64,000 nt of DNA. Source: an uncultured Candidatus Entotheonella sp. GTDB lineage: Bacteria > Tectomicrobia > Entotheonellia > Entotheonellales > Entotheonellaceae. The stretch's first letter is position 1. Each line of letters begins with the position of its first letter. The position numbers and the translations under genes were made by a program. A model generated the notes under the pieces. That model did not search any database, was not told where the DNA came from, and saw only the letters and a list, made by a program, of their open reading frames with translations. The stretch lies in contig OZ244252.1 of NCBI GenBank assembly GCA_965217185.1, positions 864,001-928,000 on the forward strand, in the 5' to 3' direction. This document shows positions 28,886 to 38,888 of the stretch, piece after piece.

Positions 28886-29719
28886 ATGACGATGGGGATT
28901 GCTTACGCCGCAACCGAAGGGGGCGGCCACGGTGAGGAACACAGCATCGGCGAAACGATCCTGCACCACGTGCAGGACACGCACGAATTCGATCTGTGGC
29001 CTCTGGGGCACTTGCCATTGCCGGAAATATATCTCTTTGGAATCGATTTTTCAATCACCAAGCACCTTGTCATGATGTGGATTGCTTCGGTCTTGCTGGT
29101 CGCCGTGTTTCGGCTCGCTTTCCGCCGTCAGGCTGCGGTGCCCAGTGGTATCGCCAACATGCTAGAGGCTCTCGTTGTTTACCTGCGGGATGAGGTCATC
29201 TTGCCGAATACAGGCGAGGCCGGTCGGCGTTACCTGCCTTTCCTGCTGACAACATTCTTCTTCATTCTGTTCTGTAATCTGTTGGGGCTCATTCCCTACG
29301 GCGCCACAGCCACCGGCAACATCTCCGTCACCGCGGCTCTGGCGCTCATCGCGCTGACCATGATTCAGTTAGGCGGGATCAAAGAGCACGGCCTCAAGCA
29401 ACACCTGCAGAACCTTGTGCCACACGGCCTGCCCATGTGGCTCCTGCCCATCATGATCCCGGTCGAGATTCTCGGCCAGTTCACCAAGCCCTTTGCCCTG
29501 TGCGTCCGTCTTTATGCCAATATGACGGCGGGGCACATCGTCATCCTCTCCTTTATCAGCATGATCTTCATTTTCGAAAGCTTCCTGATCTCCCCCGTCG
29601 CCGTCGGCTTTGCCCTGTTCATCAACCTGCTGGAAGTGTTCATCGCCTTCCTGCAAGCCTATATTTTCACCCTGCTCACGTCCCTGTTCATGGGCATGTC
29701 GATCCATCCGCAGCATTAG
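28886..29719 (+). CDS. atpB: F0F1 ATP synthase subunit a
   Basis: NLLGLIP, TATGNI, KPFALCVRLYANMTAGH (essential Arg), FLQAYIFTLL. Confidence 0.96.
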   Translation: MTMGIAYAATEGGGHGEEHSIGETILHHVQDTHEFDLWPLGHLPLPEIYLFGIDFSITKHLVMMWIASVLLVAVFRLAFRRQAAVPSGIANMLEALVVYLRDEVILPNTGEAGRRYLPFLLTTFFFILFCNLLGLIPYGATATGNISVTAALALIALTMIQLGGIKEHGLKQHLQNLVPHGLPMWLLPIMIPVEILGQFTKPFALCVRLYANMTAGHIVILSFISMIFIFESFLISPVAVGFALFINLLEVFIAFLQAYIFTLLTSLFMGMSIHPQH

Positions 29720-29820
29720 AGCGGTTTTCGCATGAGCATATGGGATGCCCTCAATAAGCAAACCAGCCTCGATTATCCGATGCCGTAGTAGGCCAGACAT
29801 ACGAGCGCAAACCGCTCTAA
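29716..29820. mobile_element. MITE-like element, 105 bp, with 16-bp terminal inverted repeats
   Basis: TTAGAGCGGTTTTCGC (29716-29731) vs GCGCAAACCGCTCTAA (29805-29820): 15/16 inverted match; TA at both outer ends. Confidence 0.6.
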
Positions 29821-30000
29821 GGGCCTTGTTGAAGCTCAGCTATAGATTACAGAGGAACGGTGAATGATCCAAGGCGTGGTGGTGGAGATTCAGATATTTG
29901 ATCCTTGATGAGGCTGAAAAAGGCCGTCACAGGCCAAGTGGTTGAAATAGGAAGGTGAACAGTCTGAACATCAGCTTCGGAACGAATCGGGGGAATCCAT

Positions 30001-31113
30001 TTGACTTTTGAGTCGGTTGACGTCCTTCAAAGAACGCTGGCGGACACAGTCTTTCAATACGCTGTGGATCGTAAGAAGGCCGCCGGCCGTGCCTTGGGCA
30101 CGCTCGTTGAGATCGTCACGTTTTATACGCTCTGTTCGTGGGGGTTCCGCGACCATATCGCCATTGAGCGTTCAGTATCCGAGTTCGCCAACCCCGATAT
30201 TTTGCATAACGTCGAGTTCTCGCTTCACCCCATCCGATCTCTGCATAAAGTCGAAATCCCACCGTCTCTCCCCATCACGGCTGTCAAGATCAAGCGTCAC
30301 TTACCTTTCCTGTACGATGAAGATGTCAGGTCAACCCAGGTCCTCAGCAGTGACGCCGTGAAGCGTAACGCGGCTCTCCTTCTGGAAGGCATAACTGGTC
30401 CGGTCATTGCGAATATCGACACATTGAATGATTCCCATTGCAAACTGACCGTAGGCGAACTTTCCGCCGATCCGTTCGCGATATTCGAGTGCAAGCGAGT
30501 GGGCGTCGAGGAAGGGATGAACAAGGGGCCTCAGACGATTGAAAAAGCAAAACAAGGTTCTTATGTCGCGCGGTCCGTTTCCTCCCTTCAGAAGGTGCGA
30601 CTTCGAAACGGGCAGTTCCAAGGTGTCATCGAGCAGTCCGACGGTAACTTTCGAGTTGGACCCTACGATGAAGTGCTTCGAGAAATCATCGACGCATCGT
30701 CATTTACCGAATTTGCCGGATTCATACTCACGGTAGGAGTCGTCAGCAACCACGGCAATTGGTTTACTTCTGACAACTACAACAAGGAACTCCGCGTGTT
30801 GGCTCAGTCGTACGATTGGCTCCTGTTCCTCACGGACATCGGATTGTCTCAGTTCATAGACCGGCTTTTGCTCAACCCTACCCAAGAATTGAGGCCTGCT
30901 CGTGAGGCATTCCTGACAAGCTACTCCGGCAAAGCCGGAATGAACAGATTCACCAAGGTACGCATAGACATCAAGGCAGATGCAACTCTCCGAAACTACT
31001 TCACTGCCCACAAGTCCGAGATCGAAAGGTGGTTCAACGTCATTTCCCCCCGTGATGGGACATTGAAGACTCTGCAGACTGATCTGCGGAAACTGGCTGC
31101 AAAAGGCTGGTAG
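30001..31113 (+). CDS. Putative PD-(D/E)xK restriction-type endonuclease
   Basis: GTLVE...HNVEF...FECKRVG...EKAKQG pattern resembling a type II REase core; adjacent to a methylase; TTG start uncertain. Confidence 0.55.
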   Translation: MTFESVDVLQRTLADTVFQYAVDRKKAAGRALGTLVEIVTFYTLCSWGFRDHIAIERSVSEFANPDILHNVEFSLHPIRSLHKVEIPPSLPITAVKIKRHLPFLYDEDVRSTQVLSSDAVKRNAALLLEGITGPVIANIDTLNDSHCKLTVGELSADPFAIFECKRVGVEEGMNKGPQTIEKAKQGSYVARSVSSLQKVRLRNGQFQGVIEQSDGNFRVGPYDEVLREIIDASSFTEFAGFILTVGVVSNHGNWFTSDNYNKELRVLAQSYDWLLFLTDIGLSQFIDRLLLNPTQELRPAREAFLTSYSGKAGMNRFTKVRIDIKADATLRNYFTAHKSEIERWFNVISPRDGTLKTLQTDLRKLAAKGW

Positions 31114-31127
31114 GAGATTGGCTTGGA

Positions 31128-31709
31128 ATGACCGCAGGACGCCATAACACCGAATCGCTCAGCCAACATTGGTGCACTCCTCCAACGTATGTTAACGCGA
31201 TACGAAAGTTCTTCTCTGGATCGATCGCGTTGGATCCGTGCTCCAATTGCCATTCCATCGTACGGGCAACGGTGGAGTACGCTTTGCCCGAGATCGATGG
31301 GCTATCCGCATCGTGGGACTATCCTGCAATCTTCGTCAATCCTCCCTATGGTAGGGACCACGAGAGAAATACCACGATTCGAGACTGGCTCCGAAAGTGT
31401 GTCACTGCCCATTCGCAATATGGTGCTGAGGTGCTTGCGCTTGTGCCTGTTGCCACGAACACCCGACACTGGAAGCAATACGTGTTCGCCGCAGCCACCG
31501 GGGTCGCGTTTCTCTACGACACCCGGCTGAAATTCCTCGTAAATGGAAAGAATGGTGGCAAGGGCGCCCCGATGTCGTGCGCGATGATTTATTGGGGTAC
31601 ACATTATGAGCGCTTTGAAGAGACATTTACCCTCTTCGGAGCGGTGGTTGATGTTCGGCACCTACACGGGAAGCCCATCGGTACAGGGGAACACCCAACC
31701 CTGTTTTAG
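31128..31709 (+). CDS. DNA N6-adenine methyltransferase, small phage-Dam type
   Basis: WCTPP, LDPCS, IDGLSASW, FVNPPYGR, LVPVATNTRHW, RLKF. Confidence 0.85.
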   Translation: MTAGRHNTESLSQHWCTPPTYVNAIRKFFSGSIALDPCSNCHSIVRATVEYALPEIDGLSASWDYPAIFVNPPYGRDHERNTTIRDWLRKCVTAHSQYGAEVLALVPVATNTRHWKQYVFAAATGVAFLYDTRLKFLVNGKNGGKGAPMSCAMIYWGTHYERFEETFTLFGAVVDVRHLHGKPIGTGEHPTLF

Positions 31710-31799
31710 ACTGCGGGCTCAGTTTTCAGGAAATAACTGTTGCGTCCACGGTTCTTCATCGCCAAGAACATTCCGCGTACAGAAACCGTGCGCCCTGCC

Positions 31800-33647
31800 C
31801 TACGCCGTGAGCGACAGCGAACGCCGCTTGACCACTTGGCTGATCAGCTTCTCGAACTCGTCGAGCGTCACCGGCCCCAGATTCTCATCGCTGCGCAGGC
31901 GTACGGACACGGTTTGATCCGCCACCTCCTGATCCCCTACCACCAGCATGTACGGAACCTTCTGCAATTTCGCCTCGCGGATCTTGGCGTTCATGCGCTT
32001 GTCGCTGACGTCGGCGTGCACGCGGAAGCCGAGGTCGAATAGCCGTTTCACCACCTCCTGGGCGTAGTCCACGTGGCGGTCGGCGATGGGAATCACGACG
32101 GCTTGCGTGGGTGCCAGCCAGACCGGGAAGGCGCCGCCGTACATCTCGATGAGATAGGCGGTCATGCGCTCCATGGTGCTCACCACGCCGCGATGGATCA
32201 TCACCGGCTGATGCTCCTGACCGTCCTCGCCGATGTAGATCAGGCCGAACTGGTTCGGCAAATGGAAGTCAATCTGGATGGTCGAGATCGTTTCTTCGCG
32301 GCCGATGATGTCCCGCAACTGAATGTCGAGCTTCGGCCCGTAAAACGCCGCCTCGCCTGGTGCTTCCGTGTAAGGAAGCCCGAGCGCGTCCATGGCCTCG
32401 CGCAGCACGTTTTCGGCCATGTCCCACATGGCGTCGTTGGCCACGTACTTCTCGGTGTTGGCCTGATCACGCAGCGACAGACGGTAGGTATATTCCTGGA
32501 TGCCCAACGTCGCGTAGGCGCGCTCGACGAGGCGCATGACGTTGGAAAATTCCTCTTTGATCTGATCCTGTGTGCAAAAGATGTGCGCGTCGTTCAGCGT
32601 CATCGTGCGCACCCGGCTGAGCCCCCCAACAACACCCGACTTCTCGTAGCGGTACATCGTTCCCAATTCGGCGATGCGGATAGGCAGGTCGCGGTAGCTA
32701 TGCCGCTTGGAGGCATAGATGAGGATGTGGTGCGGGCAGTTCATGGGCCGCAGCACGAGGTTTTCGTACTCCAGCTCCATGCGCGGAAACATGTTGTCTT
32801 TGTAATGCGACCAGTGACCGGAGGTTTCGTACAACTCCTGCTTGGCCAGGTGAGGGGTATACACGTGCTGGTAGCCGTCCCGCCGTTCTTCTTCGGTGAT
32901 GTACGCTTCGAGCTCCCGGCGGATGGTGGCGCCTTTCGGGAGCCATAGCGGCAGGCCGGCGCCGATGAGCTCATGGCTGGTAAACAGCTCCAGCTCACGG
33001 CCCAGGCGCCGGTGGTCGCGCTGGCGCGCTTGCTCCAGCCGCCGCAGGTAATCGTCGAGGCCGGCTTTGTTCTCAAACACCGTGCCGTAAATGCGGGTCA
33101 GCATCGGGTTGCGCTCATTGCCGCGCCAGTATGCTCCGGCGGTGCGCATCACCTTCACGGCGTTCGCCTTGATCTTGCCTCCGTGCGCCACGTGCGGGCC
33201 GCGGCATAGATCGACGAATGCGTCATGTTGATAAACGGTGATGCGATTGCCTGCCTGCGGGGGCAACTCATTACCGTAATCGTCGTACTGCCCTCCCGCC
33301 ATGCCGTCGATCAATTCCAGCTTGTAAGGCTGATCGCTAAAGAGGTCACGCGCCTCCTCCAGGGTCACTTCGCGCACGTGAAAAGCATGCCGTTGCCGAA
33401 TGAGCGCCCTCATACGGTCCTCAATTGCCGCAAGGTCTTCTTCGTTCGGGACGCGGGGCAGGTCGAAATCGTAATAGAAGCCGTTTTCGATGGGGGGACC
33501 GATGGCCACCTTGGCCTCGGGAAAACTCTCAACCACCGCCTGCGCCATAATGTGGGCCGTCGAGTGCCGCAGCTTGTATAACTCCGGGTCATAGCCGGAG
33601 GGAATGTACTGCTCAGCATCTGCCTTCAACCGTTCTTCATCGCTCAC
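31800..33647 (-). CDS. thrS: Threonine--tRNA ligase (short N-terminus, no TGS domain)
   Basis: RHSTAH, DLCRGPH, RDHRRLG, RPMNCPHH, FYGPKLD. Confidence 0.97.
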   Translation of the reverse strand: MSDEERLKADAEQYIPSGYDPELYKLRHSTAHIMAQAVVESFPEAKVAIGPPIENGFYYDFDLPRVPNEEDLAAIEDRMRALIRQRHAFHVREVTLEEARDLFSDQPYKLELIDGMAGGQYDDYGNELPPQAGNRITVYQHDAFVDLCRGPHVAHGGKIKANAVKVMRTAGAYWRGNERNPMLTRIYGTVFENKAGLDDYLRRLEQARQRDHRRLGRELELFTSHELIGAGLPLWLPKGATIRRELEAYITEEERRDGYQHVYTPHLAKQELYETSGHWSHYKDNMFPRMELEYENLVLRPMNCPHHILIYASKRHSYRDLPIRIAELGTMYRYEKSGVVGGLSRVRTMTLNDAHIFCTQDQIKEEFSNVMRLVERAYATLGIQEYTYRLSLRDQANTEKYVANDAMWDMAENVLREAMDALGLPYTEAPGEAAFYGPKLDIQLRDIIGREETISTIQIDFHLPNQFGLIYIGEDGQEHQPVMIHRGVVSTMERMTAYLIEMYGGAFPVWLAPTQAVVIPIADRHVDYAQEVVKRLFDLGFRVHADVSDKRMNAKIREAKLQKVPYMLVVGDQEVADQTVSVRLRSDENLGPVTLDEFEKLISQVVKRRSLSLTA

Positions 33648-33828
33648 GTCGAGTCTCCTTCAAATCTGCTTCTTGACAGCCTTACAAGAGCGCTGGAAAT
33701 TGCAGGTTTCGATCCCTGGGGGTAGATTCAGCGTTCAGGATCAAATGGTTGGATTTCCGGGATAAATCTGTCCCACATAGATTTGGGTAAGTAAACACAC
33801 AGACGGCAACAGGGAGGCGTCGCAGATC

Positions 33829-34455
33829 ATGAGGTATCTTGCCTGGACGGTCCTGTTTCTGCTGGTGAGTTGTGCTTGGGGACAAGACCTGCCGCAGCCG
33901 CAAATCGGGCAAGCGCAGGAGAAGCTCCGGGCATTGGGGTTCGAGGTCGGGGAAGCGGAAGACGTCCTTGATCCGCGCACGATCAAGGCGCTGGAAGGCT
34001 TCCAGCGAACCCGCCGGTTGGCCGTCACCGGTGAACTGGATACGGCGACCTTGCGTGCCCTCGGGCTTGCCGCCGGACTTCCCGAAGCCGAGGTCGACAC
34101 GGAACCCTCGCTCCTGCCCGTCTCATCTCCTTGGCGGCCGGTGCTGGAATACTTGCGTTTCTACGACTCGCAGCCAGCCCGCGTGGTGCTGCACGTCACG
34201 GCACGCTTCCGCGGCGACATGGCTCCAGCGGACTGGGTTAATCACCTGACAACCAATCCGGACACCCGCCGTCCCCGACTCACTTGGCAAATCGACAAGG
34301 TCGAGATGGCCAACGCCACTGCCACCGTGTACGTCCGCTCACAAATCCGCGTTGACGGGATTCAACAACCGCAATTGGAAGCGTTTTCTCTCGTTCGCTC
34401 CCCCGACGCGCAGTGGCTCATCGACGCCTGGCATAGCTACGATCCGAGCGAATGA
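33829..34455 (+). CDS. Exported peptidoglycan-binding domain protein
   Basis: Signal peptide; AQEKLRALGF...TIKALEGFQRTRRLAVTGELDTATLRALG (PG_binding_1 pattern); possible NTF2-like C-terminus. Confidence 0.75.
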   Translation: MRYLAWTVLFLLVSCAWGQDLPQPQIGQAQEKLRALGFEVGEAEDVLDPRTIKALEGFQRTRRLAVTGELDTATLRALGLAAGLPEAEVDTEPSLLPVSSPWRPVLEYLRFYDSQPARVVLHVTARFRGDMAPADWVNHLTTNPDTRRPRLTWQIDKVEMANATATVYVRSQIRVDGIQQPQLEAFSLVRSPDAQWLIDAWHSYDPSE

Positions 34456-34470
34456 GCATCGGTTGTCCGC

Positions 34471-35187
34471 TCAATTGCTGCCGGGCCCGAGCCCCATGCG
34501 CGCCTTCAACGCCTGCAATCTATCCTGGGCTGCCGTGGGTTGCGTGCCCGCCAAAGCGCGGTCGATTTCAACGTCGGCTGACAACTCCACCTGCCCGACT
34601 TCCCCGTACGCCTGAGCCAGCGCTTCGTCCTCTTCCACCTTCTCCTTCATTCGTTCCAGCATGGCGATCGTGCTCGAGGCATCCACATTTGCCAGTTGCT
34701 GATTGATCTTCTTGGTGGAGGCGGCCGTCTTGGCGCGCGCCCTCAGCGTCACCAATTCATTCTCGTACGTGGTAATGGTGGACTTGAGTTGCTGCACCTT
34801 TCCCTGCAACTCGACGACCATGTTGTTTTGATGCTCGGCATCCTTGGACAGTGCCGCGGCGCGTTCACTGGCGGTCTCCTGTTGCGTCAGGGCCTGCGTT
34901 GCCAAGCGTTCCGCCTCGGCCGCGTCGAGGTGCCCGTCGCCCCCCCGTTGCAACAACAGCATGGCTTTGCGTTCGTACTCACCGGCCTGTCGGTTGGCGT
35001 CTTCCGACTCCTTCCCCAAGCGAATCGCAATCCCTTTGACTTCCGCCAACCCTTGCATGGCCCCTTGCAGGTCTTTTTTGAGGTCGCGGATGCCCTGCTC
35101 CGTCAGCTTGATCGGGTCTTCGAGCTTGTCGACGATGTTATGGGCCTGCGCCTGCCCTACCTTGAACAGCCTGGCGAAAATACTCAT
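34471..35187 (-). CDS. pspA: PspA/IM30 family protein
   Basis: MSIFARLFK...DKLEDPIKLTEQGIRDL coiled coil; LERMKEKV. Confidence 0.9.
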   Translation of the reverse strand: MSIFARLFKVGQAQAHNIVDKLEDPIKLTEQGIRDLKKDLQGAMQGLAEVKGIAIRLGKESEDANRQAGEYERKAMLLLQRGGDGHLDAAEAERLATQALTQQETASERAAALSKDAEHQNNMVVELQGKVQQLKSTITTYENELVTLRARAKTAASTKKINQQLANVDASSTIAMLERMKEKVEEDEALAQAYGEVGQVELSADVEIDRALAGTQPTAAQDRLQALKARMGLGPGSN

Positions 35188-35210
35188 GACGTGATCTCCC
35201 CGTGTTGACG

Positions 35211-35603
35211 CTACTGATGGCTGAACCCAATCAGTTCCGCGGCGTTTTCAGCCAAGGCCAGACTCAGGGCCTCAACCGTGCCTTCCACCTCATTCAGATC
35301 GAGATTGGCAAGCTGCAACGTATCGCGAAAAAGCACTCGCCTGCCCTCTTCGTCCAGGGCAAATGCCCCATGGACCAGGGTGCGATTCATCTGCAGCAAG
35401 CGCTTGAACATGTCGCCAGGGCGCCCCGGAACCTCCATGATCATCTGCTCGAAAATCAGTATCGGGTCCTCGCAGTCGATTACCAGATTCTTGATCCCGC
35501 GTTCTTCGTCATCGACCACGAGAATGCCCTCCGGCGGGTCCTCGTTCACGATGGAAAGCTGAAGCTCCTGCACGAACGCTTTGACGTCATCGAAATCAGT
35601 CAT
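35211..35603 (-). CDS. YbjN/CesT-like chaperone-fold protein (PspA partner)
   Basis: Acidic 130 aa; LLQMNRTLVHGAFALD...FRDTLQLANLD; upstream of pspA, as in yjfI-yjfJ. Confidence 0.7.
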   Translation of the reverse strand: MTDFDDVKAFVQELQLSIVNEDPPEGILVVDDEERGIKNLVIDCEDPILIFEQMIMEVPGRPGDMFKRLLQMNRTLVHGAFALDEEGRRVLFRDTLQLANLDLNEVEGTVEALSLALAENAAELIGFSHQ

Positions 35604-35704
35604 CGAATTCCCCTCTGCACTTACCGTTAACGCCAACCTGTCTTCCCGCAAATGGATGGCGCAATTGTAACAAAAAGGTACCGCTACAGACGGCTTGGGC
35701 TGCC

Positions 35705-38575
35705 TTATTCAGGCTCCACAGCCTCCCACAGCACCTCGACCAGATGACGCGCTGCCCGACCGGTCGCATGATGGATTTGCTGCCGGCACGAAATGCCGTC
35801 CGCCACGATCTCGACGTCAGGTTCGGCGCCCTCTACCGCCGGGAACAGGCGTTGCCTGCCGATGTCCATCGACAGGTCGTAATGTTCCGCCTCGTAGCCA
35901 AACGAGCCCGCCATGCCGCAGCAGCCCGAGGCGATCTCTTCCACCTCGTAGCCCGACGGCAGCCGCAACAGGGCCAGGGTCGGCGCAGTGCCGATCAGCG
36001 CCTTCTGATGACAGTGGCCATGCAACAACAGCCGTTTGGGAGCATCGGTGAACGTCAGGTCCAGTTCATCGCGTTGCTGAAGCTGGTGTAGAAACTCGTC
36101 GATGCTGATGGCGTGGTCCGCCACGAGTTGGGCATCGGGTCCAGGTATTAGGTCCAGATAGTCGTCCCGCAGCGTCAGGATGCAACTGGGCTCGACACCG
36201 ATGATCGGCATGCCTTGCCGCGCATACGGCGCCAACAGGGCGATGTTGTAGCGGGCGTATTCGCGCGCCTGTTCCAGGCTGCCCTTGGAAATCGCCGGTC
36301 GGCCGCAGCATTTCCGCGCAACCAGCGCGACCTCATAACCGGCGGCCTGCAGCAACTTGGTAGCTGCTTGGCCGACCTCGGGCTGGTTGTATTCCATAAA
36401 CGTATCGTGAAACAGCACGACCGTGCCCCGCTTGCCGTTCCGGTTTTGGGGCCGCTGGGCGTGGAACCAACTGCTGAACGTCTCGGACGCGAATGCCGGT
36501 AACGTCCGCTGAGCCGCCACCCCGAGGCGCCCTTGCAACCATCTGGATAATGGGTGCCGGGCCAGCCGGTTCGAGATGGGCGCGAACAGGTGACCCAGCC
36601 GGTTGACCGTGGCGATGTTGGCGAAAATCCTTGACCGCAGCGGCATGCCGTGGCGGGCGTAATAGTGGCTCAACATCTCATATTTCAGCTTGGCCATGTC
36701 CACGTTCGAAGGGCATTCCGTCTTGCACGCCTTGCATTCGAGACACAGGTCGAGCGTGTCGTACATGGCCTTGCTGGTGAACGCCTCCTGCGGCACGTGG
36801 CCGGAAAGCACCGCCCGCAAGGCATTGGCGCGCCCGCGCGTCGAGTGCGTCTCGTCGCGCGTGGCCATATACGACGGGCACATCGTCCCCTCGCTCAGCT
36901 TGCGACAGGCGCCGTTGCCGTTGCACATGTCGATGGCGGTGGCAAACCCGCCGTCTCGGGTGAAATCGAGGTTGGTCTTGAAATCAATCGCGCGATACGT
37001 CGGCCCATGGCGCAGGTTCTCCGTCGGTGCGGGGCCGTCCACCACCTTGCCGGGATTCATGCGGTTATCGGGGTCAAAGGCGCGTTTCACGTCTTTGAAC
37101 GCTTTGTAGAGCGTCGGACCGAAATGCTTCTCGTTGAGCCAACTGCGGGCCAGGCCGTCGCCGTGTTCGCCGCTCATGCAGCCGCCGAATTCCATGACGA
37201 GGTCGCTGATTTCCCGCATCATGGCGACCATCTTGTCGACGCCGTCCTGGTTCTTGAGATCGATGCCGGGCCGGATGTGCAGGCAACCGACGCTGGAATG
37301 GCCGTAATAGCCGGCGGTGGTGTCGTGGTCGGCGATGATCTGGCGGAAGCGCCGCAGGAATTCCGGCAGCTTGGCCGGATCGACCGCGGTGTCCTCGACG
37401 AACGCAACGGGCTTGCGCGCCTCACGGGTTCCCATCAGAATCCCGAGGCCCGCTTTTCTCATTTTCCAGACGTCGGCCTGCGCCTGCGCCGTCAATGCGG
37501 GTGAATAGGCGTAGCCCCACTTCTGCCGCCGCAGACTTGCTTCCAGTTTCTCAACCTTGTCGGCGACCTCCTGCGGCGAGTCCCCATAAAACTCCGAGAC
37601 CACCAAAGCATCCGGCTCACCCTGCAAAAAAGGCAGCCGTCCGGCGAATTCCTTGGCGGCGCGGGCGCCCTCGACGATCTTCCGGTCGACCATCTCGATA
37701 GCCGACGGCTCGTATGGCAGAATCGCCTCGGTTGCTTCGACCGCCGCAATCAGGTCGTCGAAGTGGGTGACTAATACGGCCGTGGCCTGCGGACGAGGCA
37801 TGATGCGCACCTTGGCTGCCGTGACCACGGCAAGCGTGCCCTCCGAGCCGACCACCATCTTGGCAAGATTCGTCGGCGCGTCGGTGATGAACTCGTCAAG
37901 GTTGTAGCCGCTCACCCGGCGCAACAGCTTCGGATAGCGTTCCAAAACAGCGTCGCGGTTGTCTTGAGCGACCCGTAGCACGTCTCGGTAGATACCGGCC
38001 TCCAGCGTGTCCTCGCGGATAATCTGCTCAACCTCCGCCTTCTCCATGGGTCTGAATAGCGCCGTGCTGCCATCCGAAAGCACGACCTTGAGTTCGAGGA
38101 CGTGGTCGATCGTCTTGCCGTAGAGAATGGATCGCGCACCGGCCGAGTTGTTGCCGATCATGCCGCCTATCGTGGCACGGCTGCTGGTCGAGGTATCGGG
38201 GCCGAATAGGAACCCGTGCGGCCGCAGGTAGGCATTGAGCTGGTCCTGCACCACGCCCGGTTGCACCCACGCCCAGTGTTCCTCGGTATTCAGTTCCAGT
38301 ACCTGATGCATGTGATTGGACATGTCGAGAATGACCGCCCGGCCGACGGTCTGCCCGGCGAGCGCCGTGCCGCCGCCGCGCGGCAACACCGGAACGCCAT
38401 GCTGCCGGGCCACGCGCACCGTCGCCTCGACGTCATCGGCGTGGCGGGGTATCACCACCCCCAACGGCTCGATCTGGTAAATACTGGCGTCGGTGCTGTA
38501 CAGCAGGCGGCTGAACGTGTCGAAACGCACCTCACCGTCGATGTGTTTCTCCAAGTCCCGGCGTAAGTCGTCCAT
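35705..38575 (-). CDS. FAD-linked oxidase/Fe-S fusion (YdiJ/GlcDF-like 2-hydroxyacid dehydrogenase)
   Basis: PRGGGTALAGQ, GEHGDG, CNGNGAC, CLECKACKTECP, CCG domains. Confidence 0.9.
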   Translation of the reverse strand: MDDLRRDLEKHIDGEVRFDTFSRLLYSTDASIYQIEPLGVVIPRHADDVEATVRVARQHGVPVLPRGGGTALAGQTVGRAVILDMSNHMHQVLELNTEEHWAWVQPGVVQDQLNAYLRPHGFLFGPDTSTSSRATIGGMIGNNSAGARSILYGKTIDHVLELKVVLSDGSTALFRPMEKAEVEQIIREDTLEAGIYRDVLRVAQDNRDAVLERYPKLLRRVSGYNLDEFITDAPTNLAKMVVGSEGTLAVVTAAKVRIMPRPQATAVLVTHFDDLIAAVEATEAILPYEPSAIEMVDRKIVEGARAAKEFAGRLPFLQGEPDALVVSEFYGDSPQEVADKVEKLEASLRRQKWGYAYSPALTAQAQADVWKMRKAGLGILMGTREARKPVAFVEDTAVDPAKLPEFLRRFRQIIADHDTTAGYYGHSSVGCLHIRPGIDLKNQDGVDKMVAMMREISDLVMEFGGCMSGEHGDGLARSWLNEKHFGPTLYKAFKDVKRAFDPDNRMNPGKVVDGPAPTENLRHGPTYRAIDFKTNLDFTRDGGFATAIDMCNGNGACRKLSEGTMCPSYMATRDETHSTRGRANALRAVLSGHVPQEAFTSKAMYDTLDLCLECKACKTECPSNVDMAKLKYEMLSHYYARHGMPLRSRIFANIATVNRLGHLFAPISNRLARHPLSRWLQGRLGVAAQRTLPAFASETFSSWFHAQRPQNRNGKRGTVVLFHDTFMEYNQPEVGQAATKLLQAAGYEVALVARKCCGRPAISKGSLEQAREYARYNIALLAPYARQGMPIIGVEPSCILTLRDDYLDLIPGPDAQLVADHAISIDEFLHQLQQRDELDLTFTDAPKRLLLHGHCHQKALIGTAPTLALLRLPSGYEVEEIASGCCGMAGSFGYEAEHYDLSMDIGRQRLFPAVEGAEPDVEIVADGISCRQQIHHATGRAARHLVEVLWEAVEPE

Positions 38576-38714
38576 ATTCCATTGTCCTCACGATAAGATG
38601 CGTTGTCGATCAGCGCGTCCTGGGCGGTTGCAAGTCGAATAGGCATGCCGTAGGATTTTTGTCGCCTTTGAGCGTAGAACCTGAACCATAGCATATTGTT
38701 GAAGGAGAGAAAAA

Positions 38715-38879
38715 ATGACATCGTGCCCGGAATGTGAAGCGGATGTCCCTGTGGATAACGATCTTGAGACAGGCGAAATCATCCTGTGCGAGGAGTGCGG
38801 CGCCGAGTTGGAAGTGATCAGCGAAGACCCGCTGAAATTTGCCCTGGCGCCCGACGAAGAAGAGGACTGGGGAGAATAG
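38715..38879 (+). CDS. lysW: Amino-group carrier protein LysW (54 aa, not in ORF track)
   Basis: Read by hand: MTSCPECEADVPVDNDLETGEIILCEECGAELEVISEDPLKFALAPDEEEDWGE; Zn ribbon plus C-terminal EDWGE; GAAGGAG SD. Confidence 0.97.
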   Translation: MTSCPECEADVPVDNDLETGEIILCEECGAELEVISEDPLKFALAPDEEEDWGE

Positions 38880-38888
38880 GACGCACAT

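Noticed and set aside
33648..33828. T-box or other leader upstream of thrS
   Set aside because: No T-box consensus or terminator seen; the region is shared with a divergent gene
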